From: a bacterium
GTDB lineage: Bacteria > Hinthialibacterota > Hinthialibacteria > Hinthialibacterales > Hinthialibacteraceae
NCBI GenBank assembly: GCA_963662285.2
Contig: CAXXMV010000006.1
Span: 192,001-256,000 of the forward strand
DNA: 64,000 bases
Reading direction: 5' to 3'
The position numbers and the translations under genes were made by a program. Shown here one piece after another: positions 20,885 through 30,644 of this stretch; position 1 is the stretch's first letter, and each line of letters begins with the position of its first letter. The notes beneath the pieces are model-generated. The model ran no database searches and was not told where the DNA came from. It saw nothing but the letters and a program-made list of their open reading frames with translations.

Positions 20885-20910
20885 GGGTAACCACAAGGGA
20901 TTACCCCTAC
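20885..20910 (-). repeat. GTAG-type REP palindrome
   Basis: Minus strand reads GTAGGGGTAATCCCTTGTGGTTACCC (GTAG plus hairpin), immediately after the MFS stop. Confidence 0.6.
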
Positions 20911-20924
20911 GGTTATTTGGTGAT

Positions 20925-21148
20925 GGGCGCCAAGGGCAGCGTCCTTTCTGCCCTTGACGACAACTATTTAGAAACTGAACAATTTCTCTTTTTTATCCTT
21001 TTTTATATAATTATTGATATATTGCTCCAATTGTCAAAACTTTATTGTTGATCATAATTCTGTTTATTGAGTGAAACGTAGATGAAAATTATAGAGATGA
21101 AATAAGTTAATTGAATCAAGGGCAGAAAATACACTGCCCTTGGCACCC
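20925..21148. repeat. REPIN-like doublet, family B
   Basis: GGGCGCCAAGGGCAGCGTCCTTTCTGCCCTTGA ... TCAAGGGCAGAAAATACACTGCCCTTGGCACCC in inverted orientation around an AT-rich spacer; near-identical ends at 34025-34173. Confidence 0.85.
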
Positions 21149-21226
21149 GTTATTGTCGTATCCTCAACCCATAAATATAATTAGTATTTCTGAGTAAAGA
21201 TCAGAAACTTGGGGTAGGGATTAGAA

Positions 21227-22090
21227 ATGTATTACATATATAGAAGGAAGAAACCAATGTCATTAAAAAAATTATTTAATCGTCAAGTTATCGGTTGTTG
21301 CGCTATGTTCCTGCTGGTGTCTGCTTCAGCGATGGCGGAGGCTGATTGGCCTGGAACCAAGAAACTCTGGAATGGTTTTGATTGCTATGAATTTGAAATG
21401 GCTGGACGCGCTTGCAAAGTTGTGACGCCCCAGACGCCGCACGAAACGCATCCCTGGATTTGGCGGGCGCGTTTTTGGGGACATGAACCGCAAACCGATA
21501 TTGTTTTGCTCGAAAAGGGATTCCATCTGGTCTATATGGATGTGGCTGATCTTTATGGATCGCCTAAAGCAGTGGCATTGTGGAACAAGTTTTATGACTT
21601 TCTACGCAGCAAAGGCTTGTCGGAAAAATGCGTCCTGGAAGGAATGAGCCGGGGTGGATTGATTATCTATAACTGGGCGGCGGACAATCCAACCAAGGTG
21701 GCATGTATCTATGGTGACGCGCCGGTGTGCGACGTTAAAAGCTGGCCGGGCGGCAAAGGCGATGGGCCGGGCAGCGCTGGAGACTGGCAACGTTGTCTCA
21801 AAGCTTATGGCATGAATGAAGCGGAGATGATGGCGTTTAAGGGTAATCCCATCGATCGTCTGAAACCATTGGCGAAAGCCAAAATTCCTCTGATCAATGT
21901 ATGCGGCGCGGCGGATAAAGTTGTACCTATCAAAGAGAATACTCACATCTTGCAAGAACGTTACTTGAAATTAGGCGGCCTGATTCTCGTAATCGAAAAG
22001 GAAGGCGTGGGGCATCACCCGCATTCACTCAAGGATCCTAAACCCATTGTGGATTTTATTCTGGAGCATACAATTCCTAGTCGTATCTAG
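21227..22090 (+). CDS. Secreted alpha/beta hydrolase (start possibly 21257)
   Basis: Signal peptide; PWIWRARFWGH; nucleophile G-M-S-R-G-G; D.VVP; GHHPH. Confidence 0.85.
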   Translation: MYYIYRRKKPMSLKKLFNRQVIGCCAMFLLVSASAMAEADWPGTKKLWNGFDCYEFEMAGRACKVVTPQTPHETHPWIWRARFWGHEPQTDIVLLEKGFHLVYMDVADLYGSPKAVALWNKFYDFLRSKGLSEKCVLEGMSRGGLIIYNWAADNPTKVACIYGDAPVCDVKSWPGGKGDGPGSAGDWQRCLKAYGMNEAEMMAFKGNPIDRLKPLAKAKIPLINVCGAADKVVPIKENTHILQERYLKLGGLILVIEKEGVGHHPHSLKDPKPIVDFILEHTIPSRI

Positions 22091-22136
22091 TATATTGTAC
22101 TCAGCTGACTGGTTGGTAAAAATATTGGAGGAACTA

Positions 22137-22712
22137 ATGAACAACAAGGGATTTACTCTAATTGAACTTCTGATTGTTGTTGCTATTATCGGTATCCTGG
22201 CTGCTATCGCCGTCCCGAATTTTTTGAATGCGCAGGTCAGAGCGAAAATCGCGCGGGCGCAAAGCGATGTTCGCAGCATCGATCAATCGATCCGCATGTA
22301 TCAACTGGATAACAATATGTTCCCGGTGCGGGGCGGATGGATGGACGAACGCTTTATTCCATTGACTACTCCTGTTTCGTATATGTCGTCGATTCCGATT
22401 GATCCGTTTAATCCCAATCCTACTGATACAGCAGGAGGCCGGGCCAAAGATAGCAACAATCGCTTGGGGAATTATGATTACTGGACCCGATTTTGGGCTA
22501 ATGGCAATTCAAAGTCGGGCAACTATTGGGGGCCGCAGACAGCTTTCCCTCTAGGTAAGTATGAATGGCAATTAAGGGGCTTTGGCCCGACTCAGACCTG
22601 GATTCCCAGTCTGGTATATCCCCAGGGGCATCCCAATGCGGGCGAATATATGAGTTATGATATGTCCAATGGTTTGATAAGCGAAGGCAATATTATAAAG
22701 TATGGTCCATGA
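22137..22712 (+). CDS. Prepilin-type N-terminal cleavage/methylation protein
   Basis: GGAGG RBS then MNNKG|FTLIELLIVVAIIGILAAIAVPNF class III signal; LTTPVSYMSSIP.DPF. Confidence 0.92.
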   Translation: MNNKGFTLIELLIVVAIIGILAAIAVPNFLNAQVRAKIARAQSDVRSIDQSIRMYQLDNNMFPVRGGWMDERFIPLTTPVSYMSSIPIDPFNPNPTDTAGGRAKDSNNRLGNYDYWTRFWANGNSKSGNYWGPQTAFPLGKYEWQLRGFGPTQTWIPSLVYPQGHPNAGEYMSYDMSNGLISEGNIIKYGP

Positions 22713-22742
22713 GTTATGTGTATAAAAAATGAGGAGATCAAG

Positions 22743-25004
22743 ATGAATCGTATCAAATTTATTGCACTTTTAGTTGGGGTATTGATTATGGCTGTTTCGA
22801 GTAGGGCATCAGCCCTTCAGCCGCGAGCTGAACACCCCATGCCGAACATGCAGAGGGCGCAATGGCTTAATCTTAATGGCCTGTGGGATTTCGCCGAGAC
22901 TGATGACGATAGCGACGAGTCGTTTTTAAGCGCAGAATCTTTCCCTGATAAGATTGTGGTTCCGTTTTGCCGTGAAAGTAAACTGTCCGGATTGGAACGC
23001 AAAGGTTTTGTCAACAATGTATGGTACCGCCGCAAGTTTTCCGCGCCCGGCAACTGGAATGCGGATCGCATCAGGCTGCATATCGGCGCCTGCGACTGGA
23101 TTACGCGGGTATGGGTTAATGGTAAGTATATTGGAAAACACGAAGGCGGCTATTCAGCCTTTGCATTCGATATAACCAAAGCATTATGCAGCGGCGAAAA
23201 CACTGTGATTATCCATGCTTATGATAACGCCCGCAGCGGCTTGCAGCCTTTGGGCAAGCAGTCGCGCCGCGAGAAGAGCCACGGCATCTTCTATACCCGC
23301 ACCACCGGGATATGGCAGACGGTATGGCTCGAAGGCGTGGCTTCCAGTTTTGTCCGCGATTTTAAGTTAACTCTTGATCCCGATCATTCCCGCATCCTGC
23401 TTCAGGCTGAAGTGGATGGCCCGTCTCAGGGATTAACCGTATGCGCCACCGCCAGCGCCAATGGTGAAAAAGTGGGTTACGCCGAATGCGATGCGTCCTG
23501 GCGGAATAATATACTGGTAGTCGATTTGTCGGAAAAACATCTCTGGGCGGTCGATGATCCATTTCTGTATGATCTGAAAGTCGTGCTGAAAAAAGGCGGT
23601 CAAGCCATAGACGCTATCAATAGTTATTTCGGTTTGCGCAAAGTGACTATCGAAGGCGGGGCTATTTTGATTAATGATAAACCAGTCTTCCAACGGCTGG
23701 TGCTGGATCAGGGCTTTTATCCCGACGGCGTTTGGACTGCTCCCAGCGACGCCCAATTGAAAGGCGATATCACATTATCAAAATCAGTCGGTTTCAATGG
23801 CGCCCGATTGCATCAGAAAGTTTTTGAACCAAGATTCCTCTATTGGGCGGATAAATTGGGCTACCTGGTCTGGGGAGAGTATCCCAGTTATGGCGCCGAC
23901 TATGATAATCCAGCGGTTAACCGTCCGCTGATTGATGAGTGGGTCAACCTGGTGCGGCGCGACCGCAACCACCCGTCGATTATCGGCTGGTGCACCTTCA
24001 ATGAGACTCCGGGAGACGCCGGAGATCTGCAAAACACCATTGTCACCATCAACCGGACGCTTGATCCGTCGCGGCCCGTGATTGATACCAGCGGCTGGGT
24101 GCATCAGGCGCCTGACCCTGAAGTTATGGACGCCCATGATTACAACCAGGATCCGAAAGCGCTCCGGGAACGCTGGGAAAACTATTTCACCTCAGCGCCG
24201 CTTCCATCTCAATATGGCGAAAGCACAGGTCGGGGCATCCCCTTTTATTTAAGTGAATTCGGCGGGATAGGCTGGTTTGAACATCAAGAAGGCGATTCAT
24301 GGGGCTATGGGAACAATCCCAAAACCTTAGACGAATTCTACCAACGTTTCGCCGGACTTATTAATGCGCAGATGGATAACCCGAATCTATTCGGATATTG
24401 CTACACCCAGCTGACCGATATCGAGCAGGAAAAGAACGGCGTTTTTTATTATGACCGCTCAGCCAAATTCGATGCGGACAAGTTGCACGCCATTCAATCG
24501 CGTAAGGCCGCTTATGAGATTGACCCGCCACTGCAAACCAAGACGTTAACCGCCAATTATCAGGTTCTTATGGGCGCTGCGCCGGATGGTAAGTACGTCT
24601 GGAAATATGCATTAGAAAAACCTGCTGATGAGTGGATGAATATCAAGTTTGATGATGCAGCATGGCGACAAGGTCCAGGCGGCTTCGGCCAGAAGGGCGG
24701 CGTTGAGAAATATATCGCAACCAAATGGAATAGCAAAAATATCTGGCTGCGCCGTGAATTCCAATATGATGGAACCGCTTTTGATAATGCCATGTTAGTA
24801 ATTCATTTCGACAATGATACGAAAGTATATGTCAATGGAAAGTTAGTCTGGCAAAAGACGGGTTGGAACGACCGCTACATGGGCTATGAAATAACTGAAA
24901 AACTGCGTAGCGCATTGAGCAAGGGCGACAATACAATCGCCATACACTGCGCTCAGGATACCGGCGGTCAGTTTATTGATGCTGCTATATTGCTGCAACG
25001 ATAG
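22743..25004 (+). CDS. Secreted GH2 glycoside hydrolase (beta-galactosidase/glucuronidase-like) with C-terminal beta-sandwich
   Basis: WLNLNGLWDF, HEGGY, YT.TTGIWQTVWLE, LDQGFYPDG, RDRNHPSIIGW..FNE, SEFGG, YTQLTDIEQEKNG; GAGGAG RBS before 22743. Confidence 0.92.
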   Translation: MNRIKFIALLVGVLIMAVSSRASALQPRAEHPMPNMQRAQWLNLNGLWDFAETDDDSDESFLSAESFPDKIVVPFCRESKLSGLERKGFVNNVWYRRKFSAPGNWNADRIRLHIGACDWITRVWVNGKYIGKHEGGYSAFAFDITKALCSGENTVIIHAYDNARSGLQPLGKQSRREKSHGIFYTRTTGIWQTVWLEGVASSFVRDFKLTLDPDHSRILLQAEVDGPSQGLTVCATASANGEKVGYAECDASWRNNILVVDLSEKHLWAVDDPFLYDLKVVLKKGGQAIDAINSYFGLRKVTIEGGAILINDKPVFQRLVLDQGFYPDGVWTAPSDAQLKGDITLSKSVGFNGARLHQKVFEPRFLYWADKLGYLVWGEYPSYGADYDNPAVNRPLIDEWVNLVRRDRNHPSIIGWCTFNETPGDAGDLQNTIVTINRTLDPSRPVIDTSGWVHQAPDPEVMDAHDYNQDPKALRERWENYFTSAPLPSQYGESTGRGIPFYLSEFGGIGWFEHQEGDSWGYGNNPKTLDEFYQRFAGLINAQMDNPNLFGYCYTQLTDIEQEKNGVFYYDRSAKFDADKLHAIQSRKAAYEIDPPLQTKTLTANYQVLMGAAPDGKYVWKYALEKPADEWMNIKFDDAAWRQGPGGFGQKGGVEKYIATKWNSKNIWLRREFQYDGTAFDNAMLVIHFDNDTKVYVNGKLVWQKTGWNDRYMGYEITEKLRSALSKGDNTIAIHCAQDTGGQFIDAAILLQR

Positions 25005-25023
25005 AAGAACAAACCACCAAAGC

Positions 25024-25052
25024 GTAGGATGGGTCAGCCTCACCGACCCATC
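25024..25052 (+). repeat. GTAG-type REP palindrome
   Basis: GTAG-GATGGGTC-n9-GACCCATC; relatives at 37925, 39038, 39094 (reverse) and 43841. Confidence 0.7.
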
Positions 25053-25144
25053 AAAAATCCACCCAATCAATCCAAAATCCTCTCCCCCAACTAGGGAGAG
25101 GATTTTTATTTGCCTCATATATTCAAATATCTATTAAGGATAAT

Positions 25145-26278
25145 CTAACGCCATATAAAATTCCGAATTTCCTGATAGGCGCTTTTTACGATAACCGAGC
25201 GGTCGAATTCCTGCAATTGGGGGCAGTTGACGCATGGTTCGGGGATATCGCCTTCAAAGAGCCTACGGCGCATATCTGTGATGAATGGATGATTGCGCCA
25301 TTCGGTTGAATGGGGATTATCCAATCTGCCCAGGTGGATATTGGTAATGTAACAGCAGGGGAAGAGATCGCCTTCGCCTTGAATCATAGCGTTGCGCCAT
25401 AGGAAAAAGCAGAAATGCGGCGTCTTGTTATGCTCGCAGGTGCACTCATGTTTGGTAACTAATCCGCGCTGTTCGTTGACGTATTGGATAGCCTTGAGGA
25501 ATGACAGAGTATCGAGGTCCCAGAAATAGAAAGGTATGCCAAGTTGCTCAGCCCGTTGCCGGGCAAGTTCAACAGGTTCTTTCATCTCTTCTTTATCAAC
25601 CCATAGTTCATTGCGCTTCCGGGCGCTCATGAAGATTACTGGATGTACTATTATCTCTTCGCATCCGGTTTCATGGGCGATATCGGGAAACTCCGGTAAT
25701 TCATCCAGGTTTTGCGGCATGATGCCATACGACAGGCGCAGCATGGGGAGAGTCGACCCCATCTCTTTTTTCAAGCGGGTCAGGCATTTGATGTTTTCAA
25801 TGATTCGGGGCAGTCCGCCGGGGGGGCGCACCGCGTCAAAGGTCTCAGGCCGCGCCGCATCCAGCGATATACCGACCGATTTAACCCCCGATTCAATCAG
25901 CTCGCGGCAGCGCTTTTCGTCCATCAAGGTTCCATTAGTGGACAGGCTGACGTCGGCGCCGAATGAAGTGACGTAATTCACCTTGTCGATATAATGGCGG
26001 TCGATCATCGGTTCGCCCAGGCCGTAGAGGCTGACGTCTTTGGCGCGTTTGAGCAGCGGTTCCAAAGTCTTGTAATAATCCAACTCAAGTTTCTCGTTAT
26101 AGGGCAGCAGGTTGCCGTCGTGCCCCTCGCGCGGGCATTGGATGCATCTGAGGTTGCAATGCGATGTTGTCCCGACGGATAATTCCACTGGAAAAGCCTG
26201 GGTCTTGCTTCTGGCCAACAGCAGATCGATATAGGCGTGTATTAGGTTGAATAGTTTAAAAAGTTTAAGAATTTTCAT
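25145..26278 (-). CDS. Radical SAM protein with SPASM/twitch domain
   Basis: CNLRCIQC (CxxxCxxC), GLGEP, STNG, ISLD; C-terminal C...G...PCC...CxxC. Confidence 0.92.
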   Translation of the reverse strand: MKILKLFKLFNLIHAYIDLLLARSKTQAFPVELSVGTTSHCNLRCIQCPREGHDGNLLPYNEKLELDYYKTLEPLLKRAKDVSLYGLGEPMIDRHYIDKVNYVTSFGADVSLSTNGTLMDEKRCRELIESGVKSVGISLDAARPETFDAVRPPGGLPRIIENIKCLTRLKKEMGSTLPMLRLSYGIMPQNLDELPEFPDIAHETGCEEIIVHPVIFMSARKRNELWVDKEEMKEPVELARQRAEQLGIPFYFWDLDTLSFLKAIQYVNEQRGLVTKHECTCEHNKTPHFCFFLWRNAMIQGEGDLFPCCYITNIHLGRLDNPHSTEWRNHPFITDMRRRLFEGDIPEPCVNCPQLQEFDRSVIVKSAYQEIRNFIWR

Positions 26279-26339
26279 GAATGCTCCTGAATATAATTCT
26301 ATTGCGAATAGGAAAATCGAAACAGTGGTTCAGCATCAT

Positions 26340-28019
26340 CTAAGGGATGGGAATGATATTGGTGGCATCATAATAGACCACCTGATCGCCGGGCAGGGGG
26401 TTTTTGATACGGACGGTGAATTGCCTGCGCTGAAAATCTATGAAATCGAAGGCGGTCTGATCAGCCTTGGTATTTCCTTTTCTGATGAACCTGGTTGTAG
26501 GTCCACTGGCGGTTACTTGATAGGTATGTTGATCAATTTGTTTAACCTGTACGCCGTCGCTTTCCGAGTAAATAGTCTGAAAAACAGCGGGGCGTATATC
26601 TTCAAATAACACTGAATCTGAATACTGATCTACAGCTGGTTTGATCCCATTGCGCAGCATATAGGCGCCATTAAAGGTGTCAGGGATATTCAATACTATC
26701 AGCCTGTGGCTGTTGGGTAGTTTTTTGATGTCTTGAATGATTTGTTTGGTGTAGGTTCCTGCAAATAGCCATTCGCGGTTTGCATTAAATAGTAGTCCTG
26801 CGCATATAATGATAAGAACGGACAGAGTTCCCAAGGCAATCTTGGGTTGATATGTGAATATCAGGTCGATAATGCAGCAAAATAATAACAGCGTAAATAC
26901 GCTGGGCCAATAGATCAACCGTTCGCCCAGCGAGGTTCCCAGGTGTATGCCCAGGTTCAATACAGGCAGCAGGGCAATGACATAAAATATAATCGGCGCC
27001 AGCATCCAATCGGGTGCCTCAAAGCGCAATGGAAGCGCATGTCCGGTAAGTCTTCTGGAAAGTCGATTGAGTATGGTGAACAGAATCAGAGCGGTTGAAG
27101 CGTATAGCAGATAAGCGCCATATTGCAATATAACCGCATTGTAACCACCGATGGGCGGCAGCAATGTTCGCGTGGTATGAAAGATGATGTTGCGTTGCAT
27201 AAATGCTAAATCGAAGCGCAGATGAATCGATTGCCCATAACCGCCGATAAGGTTGCCCAGCATAATCCAGCGCAGCATAAAACAGCCTGTCAGGATAACG
27301 AAATATCCCAAGACGGGCGACCATTTTCTCAGCGATCTCCAGTCGTCATTGCGCAGGAAAATTTCAAGCGCTGCGATAATCAATGGAAAGGTGATGACCG
27401 ACTCTTTGGTCAGCGCTGCGCAGGCGAAAAGCGCTAATGACGTTGCGAGCATTGCATATTTATTAGATTCCCTGAATTTCATATATGACAGAAGCGCGGC
27501 CAGCATCCAGAAGGTTGCTATGACGTCTGAGCGGCCTGATATCCAACTGACGGCTTCAGTGTGGCTGGGGTGCAGCAGAAAGAGCAAGCCGCAGGCGTAG
27601 GCCAGCAGGTGAATTCGTCCGCTAGGCCATTGGTTCCATTTGAGCCAGATTTTTGCTATGCAGAAAATCAAAAAGGCATTGGTTGCATGAACCATTATAT
27701 TGGTTAAATGAAATCCAATCGATTGATAATTCCATAGGCTATGGTCAATCCAGAAACTCAGCATAACTAGTGGACGGAAGAAACTGCGTGGAAATACTAT
27801 CCACACTGCTTTGACGCCATGCAATGTGGTATCATGGATGAAATGGAAATCATCGGCTAGAAAGAAAGCCCCTAAAGCGGGAAGATATGCGATAAAACCC
27901 AAGAGCCAAAAGAGGCTTATCTGTTGAAGTGATCGCCTGATATCCGCCATAGTCAAATGAGCATCCATTTCTGATATACAATTATGAACCGTAATATGCA
28001 CATTAAAGTAAGCGTCCAT
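26340..28019 (-). CDS. Multi-pass membrane GT-C fold glycosyltransferase-like protein (ArnT/TMTC-like)
   Basis: F.ADDF, FFRPL, FHLTN..VH, LF.LHP.HTEAVSWISGR, ALTKES, ERLIYWP. Confidence 0.75.
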   Translation of the reverse strand: MDAYFNVHITVHNCISEMDAHLTMADIRRSLQQISLFWLLGFIAYLPALGAFFLADDFHFIHDTTLHGVKAVWIVFPRSFFRPLVMLSFWIDHSLWNYQSIGFHLTNIMVHATNAFLIFCIAKIWLKWNQWPSGRIHLLAYACGLLFLLHPSHTEAVSWISGRSDVIATFWMLAALLSYMKFRESNKYAMLATSLALFACAALTKESVITFPLIIAALEIFLRNDDWRSLRKWSPVLGYFVILTGCFMLRWIMLGNLIGGYGQSIHLRFDLAFMQRNIIFHTTRTLLPPIGGYNAVILQYGAYLLYASTALILFTILNRLSRRLTGHALPLRFEAPDWMLAPIIFYVIALLPVLNLGIHLGTSLGERLIYWPSVFTLLLFCCIIDLIFTYQPKIALGTLSVLIIICAGLLFNANREWLFAGTYTKQIIQDIKKLPNSHRLIVLNIPDTFNGAYMLRNGIKPAVDQYSDSVLFEDIRPAVFQTIYSESDGVQVKQIDQHTYQVTASGPTTRFIRKGNTKADQTAFDFIDFQRRQFTVRIKNPLPGDQVVYYDATNIIPIP

Positions 28020-28153
28020 GTTGTCAAGACATATTGTTTTAGGTCGATTTGTCTTGATTCATTTTTATGATAGGTTAATCTCAATTATAGGATTAACCTA
28101 TTAGATTAGTGATATGTCATCATATTATAATGATATGACGTATTGATGATGAT

Positions 28154-28398
28154 ATTCTCCCCCCAAGTTTGGGGGGAGTTAGAGGGGGGTTGCGTTTCAA
28201 CCCCCTCCTAACCTCCCTCAGGCTTGGGGGAGGAATATTGCGCCAATAACACTGGGCGCCATGGGCAAGACTGCAATGCGGTCAGCACTTGATCAAACCA
28301 CCAACGATAGGGTGAAATTCCTTAACTTAATGACAGTGGAGTTAGAGGGGGTTGCGCTACAACCCCCTCCTAACCTCCCCCAGGCTTGGGGGAGGAAT
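28154..28398. repeat. Nested repeat cluster (families A + B + C + A)
   Basis: Two family-A palindromes, a family-B hairpin at 28254-28293 and a family-C end CTTAACTTAATGACAGTG at 28321. Confidence 0.8.
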
Positions 28399-28466
28399 AA
28401 TGCGCCAATTACGAGTTTGCAATATACATGATTATGACTCTCCATACGGATGGTGAATGAAATTAA

Positions 28467-29309
28467 ATGGATTTTTTTGAAGCGCTTTTTTCTCAATCTT
28501 TTATTCAACGCGCGCTCTTGATGGGTTTGCTGGCCAGTTTCGCCTGCGGCGTTATCGGTTCTTATGTAGTAGTAAAACGGATCGTGTTTATCAGCGGCGG
28601 CATCGCTCATGCTGTGTTGGGCGGGATGGGCATCGCTTATTACATGGGTTTTCACCCTTTGATCGGAGCGATTATTTTTGCCATATTGTCGGCCCTGTTG
28701 ATTGGCATCATCAGCCTGAAAACCCGGCAGCGCGAGGATACCATCATCGGCGCCTTCTGGGCGATAGGCATGGCGGTCGGATTGATCTTTATTTCCCGCA
28801 CTCCGGGGTATAACGCCGACCTGATGAGTTATCTGTTCGGCAATATCCTGCTGGCTTCATCGCAGGATATTTATATCATTATCGCTTTGGATGTAGTGAT
28901 CGCGGTTATGGTATTTCTGTTCTACAAACAGTTTCTGGCGGTTTGCTTTGATGAAGAATACGCCCGTTTGCAAGGCGTTAATGTCGAGGCGATTTATCTT
29001 CTGCTGCTCTGCCTGATAGCATTAACCGTTGTAATATTGATTCAGGTAGTGGGCATCATCATGGTGATTGCGCTGTTAACGCTGCCAGCTGGAGTCGCCG
29101 CTCATTACGTCCGTAATCTGGCTGGCATGATGCTGCTGTCGGTTATACTTGGTTCAATGTTCACATCAGGCGGAATTTATTTGTCTTACGAACCAAATCT
29201 TCCCGCCGGGGCGACCATTATCATACTAGCCGGCGCTGCATATCTGCTTTCGTCTATATATAAGGAATGGCGCATCCGCGAAAATAAGAAGACGTCCATC
29301 AATGCTTAA
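28467..29309 (+). CDS. Zn/Mn ABC transporter permease (ZnuB/MntB family), orphan
   Basis: G.IGSYVVVKRIVFISGGIAHAVLGG, DLMSYLFGNIL, FDEEYA, VVGIIMVIALLTLPA, GATII. Confidence 0.92.
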   Translation: MDFFEALFSQSFIQRALLMGLLASFACGVIGSYVVVKRIVFISGGIAHAVLGGMGIAYYMGFHPLIGAIIFAILSALLIGIISLKTRQREDTIIGAFWAIGMAVGLIFISRTPGYNADLMSYLFGNILLASSQDIYIIIALDVVIAVMVFLFYKQFLAVCFDEEYARLQGVNVEAIYLLLLCLIALTVVILIQVVGIIMVIALLTLPAGVAAHYVRNLAGMMLLSVILGSMFTSGGIYLSYEPNLPAGATIIILAGAAYLLSSIYKEWRIRENKKTSINA

Positions 29310-29363
29310 TCAAATCTCACTTTCCCCTATTTTGATCTGCATGTAAGATATATCCAGAGAGGG

Positions 29364-29453
29364 CAATGTCATTAAGTTAACCTTATTGTCCCCTCTCCCT
29401 CCGGAAGGGTTAGGGTGAGGGGAATGTTCAAACAACTTAAGTTAATGACATTG
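29364..29453. mobile_element. MITE-like element, family C
   Basis: Terminal inverted repeats CAATGTCATTAA.TTAA / TTAA.TTAATGACATTG enclosing a CCCCTCTCCCT..GGGTTAGGGTGAGGGG palindrome. Confidence 0.7.
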
Positions 29454-29456
29454 GCT

Positions 29457-29650
29457 GGGTGGCAAGGGCAAGACCGCATCGCGGTCAGCCCTTGATGCGA
29501 TCACCTACGTATCTCAAAACTACGCTGAGAAGATCAGCCTACCGAGTTAGAGTGAGGAAAGTTTAAAAACTTAAGTTAATGACATTGAGTTATACAGGGG
29601 GGTTGCGCTTCAACCCCCTCCTAACCTCCCCCAATCTTGGGGGAGGGATT
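29457..29650. repeat. Composite repeat (B-C-A), direct-repeat counterpart of 28254-28398
   Basis: GGCAAGGGCAAGACCGCATCGCGGTCAGCCCTTGAT ... CTTAAGTTAATGACATTG ... GGGGGTTGCGCTTCAACCCCCTCCTAACCTCCCCCA. Confidence 0.75.
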
Positions 29651-29700
29651 ATACGTTGCAATTGGATGATCTGTAAAAAAAAATTAACAAGAGAAAATTA

Positions 29701-30642
29701 ATGAGCGATACGCATACCATAGAAGGCATTACCCTGCATCTGGCCAATCCTGATACCACCAAGTGTGAATGGATCGGCCAGGGAGAAACCTTGGAACAAC
29801 TGATGGCTTGTTGGATGGTGGTTGATGACAAGGATATTCCCCTGTCGCCAAAATTAGTTGGTCCTCCGGGGGTCGGAAAAACTCTGCTGGGCATGGACGC
29901 CGCCCAACAACGCAAACAGAATCTTTATATTTTTCAATGCACCAGCGACACCCGACCCGAAGATTTACTGGTGACTCCGGTATTATCCGAGTCGGGCAAG
30001 ATAACCTATCGCGCATCACAGGTGGTTACCGCCATGCTGACCGGCGGCGTTTGCGTGCTTGATGAAGGCAACCGGATGCATGAAAAGAGTTGGGCTTCGC
30101 TGGCGCCATTGTTGGATCAACGCCGCTATGTCGAATCTATCATCGCCGGCATTACCATTGCTGCGCATGAAGATTTTAGAATCTGCGTCACCATGAATGA
30201 AGATGAGTCAACTTTCGAGGTGCCCGATTATATAGAATCACGCTTGCAGCCTACTATCCGCATACCTTTCCCATGCCGGAGTGATGAATTTGCAATCTTA
30301 AAGTATCATCTTCCCTTCGCGGAAGACGCCATATTATCCATGACGGTTGATTTCTTGCAGCAGGCGCATGGATTGGATCTCAATTTCTCCAGCCGGGACG
30401 GCATCCATATTATACGCTACGCCATCAAACGCTTACGGCAGAAATTATCTCATCCATTATCGCAAGATCAGGCCTGGGCTGAATCTCTATTGGCCGTGTT
30501 GGGAGAAGATGCGCTTGATCTGGAAATGCTGGCTGAAAAACGTTATCGCTCTGCGGAAGATTTGACTCCACCTATGGGGCTGTCGGATTTCTTTTTTGAC
30601 GACGATGATCCTCTACGACCCGACGAAGAAGATGACGAATAA
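29701..30642 (+). CDS. MoxR/CbbQ-like AAA+ ATPase
   Basis: Walker A GPPGVGKT, Walker [20 protein letters not shown]; acidic tail. Confidence 0.9.
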   Translation: MSDTHTIEGITLHLANPDTTKCEWIGQGETLEQLMACWMVVDDKDIPLSPKLVGPPGVGKTLLGMDAAQQRKQNLYIFQCTSDTRPEDLLVTPVLSESGKITYRASQVVTAMLTGGVCVLDEGNRMHEKSWASLAPLLDQRRYVESIIAGITIAAHEDFRICVTMNEDESTFEVPDYIESRLQPTIRIPFPCRSDEFAILKYHLPFAEDAILSMTVDFLQQAHGLDLNFSSRDGIHIIRYAIKRLRQKLSHPLSQDQAWAESLLAVLGEDALDLEMLAEKRYRSAEDLTPPMGLSDFFFDDDDPLRPDEEDDE

Positions 30643-30644
30643 AT

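Noticed and set aside
22047-22136. N-terminal extension of the pilin ORF as given in the ORF track
   Set aside because: The GGAGG RBS and class III signal place the true start at 22137; the extension overlaps the upstream gene.
28293-28655. 120-aa minus-strand ORF ending in PQAWGRLGGGCSATPSNS
   Set aside because: Read-through of antisense znuB and a family-A repeat; the translation is a repeat artefact.
28154-29650. Clustered repeats as a possible CRISPR array
   Set aside because: Units are palindromic, variable and dispersed across the window, not identical repeats with unique regular spacers; no cas genes are present.
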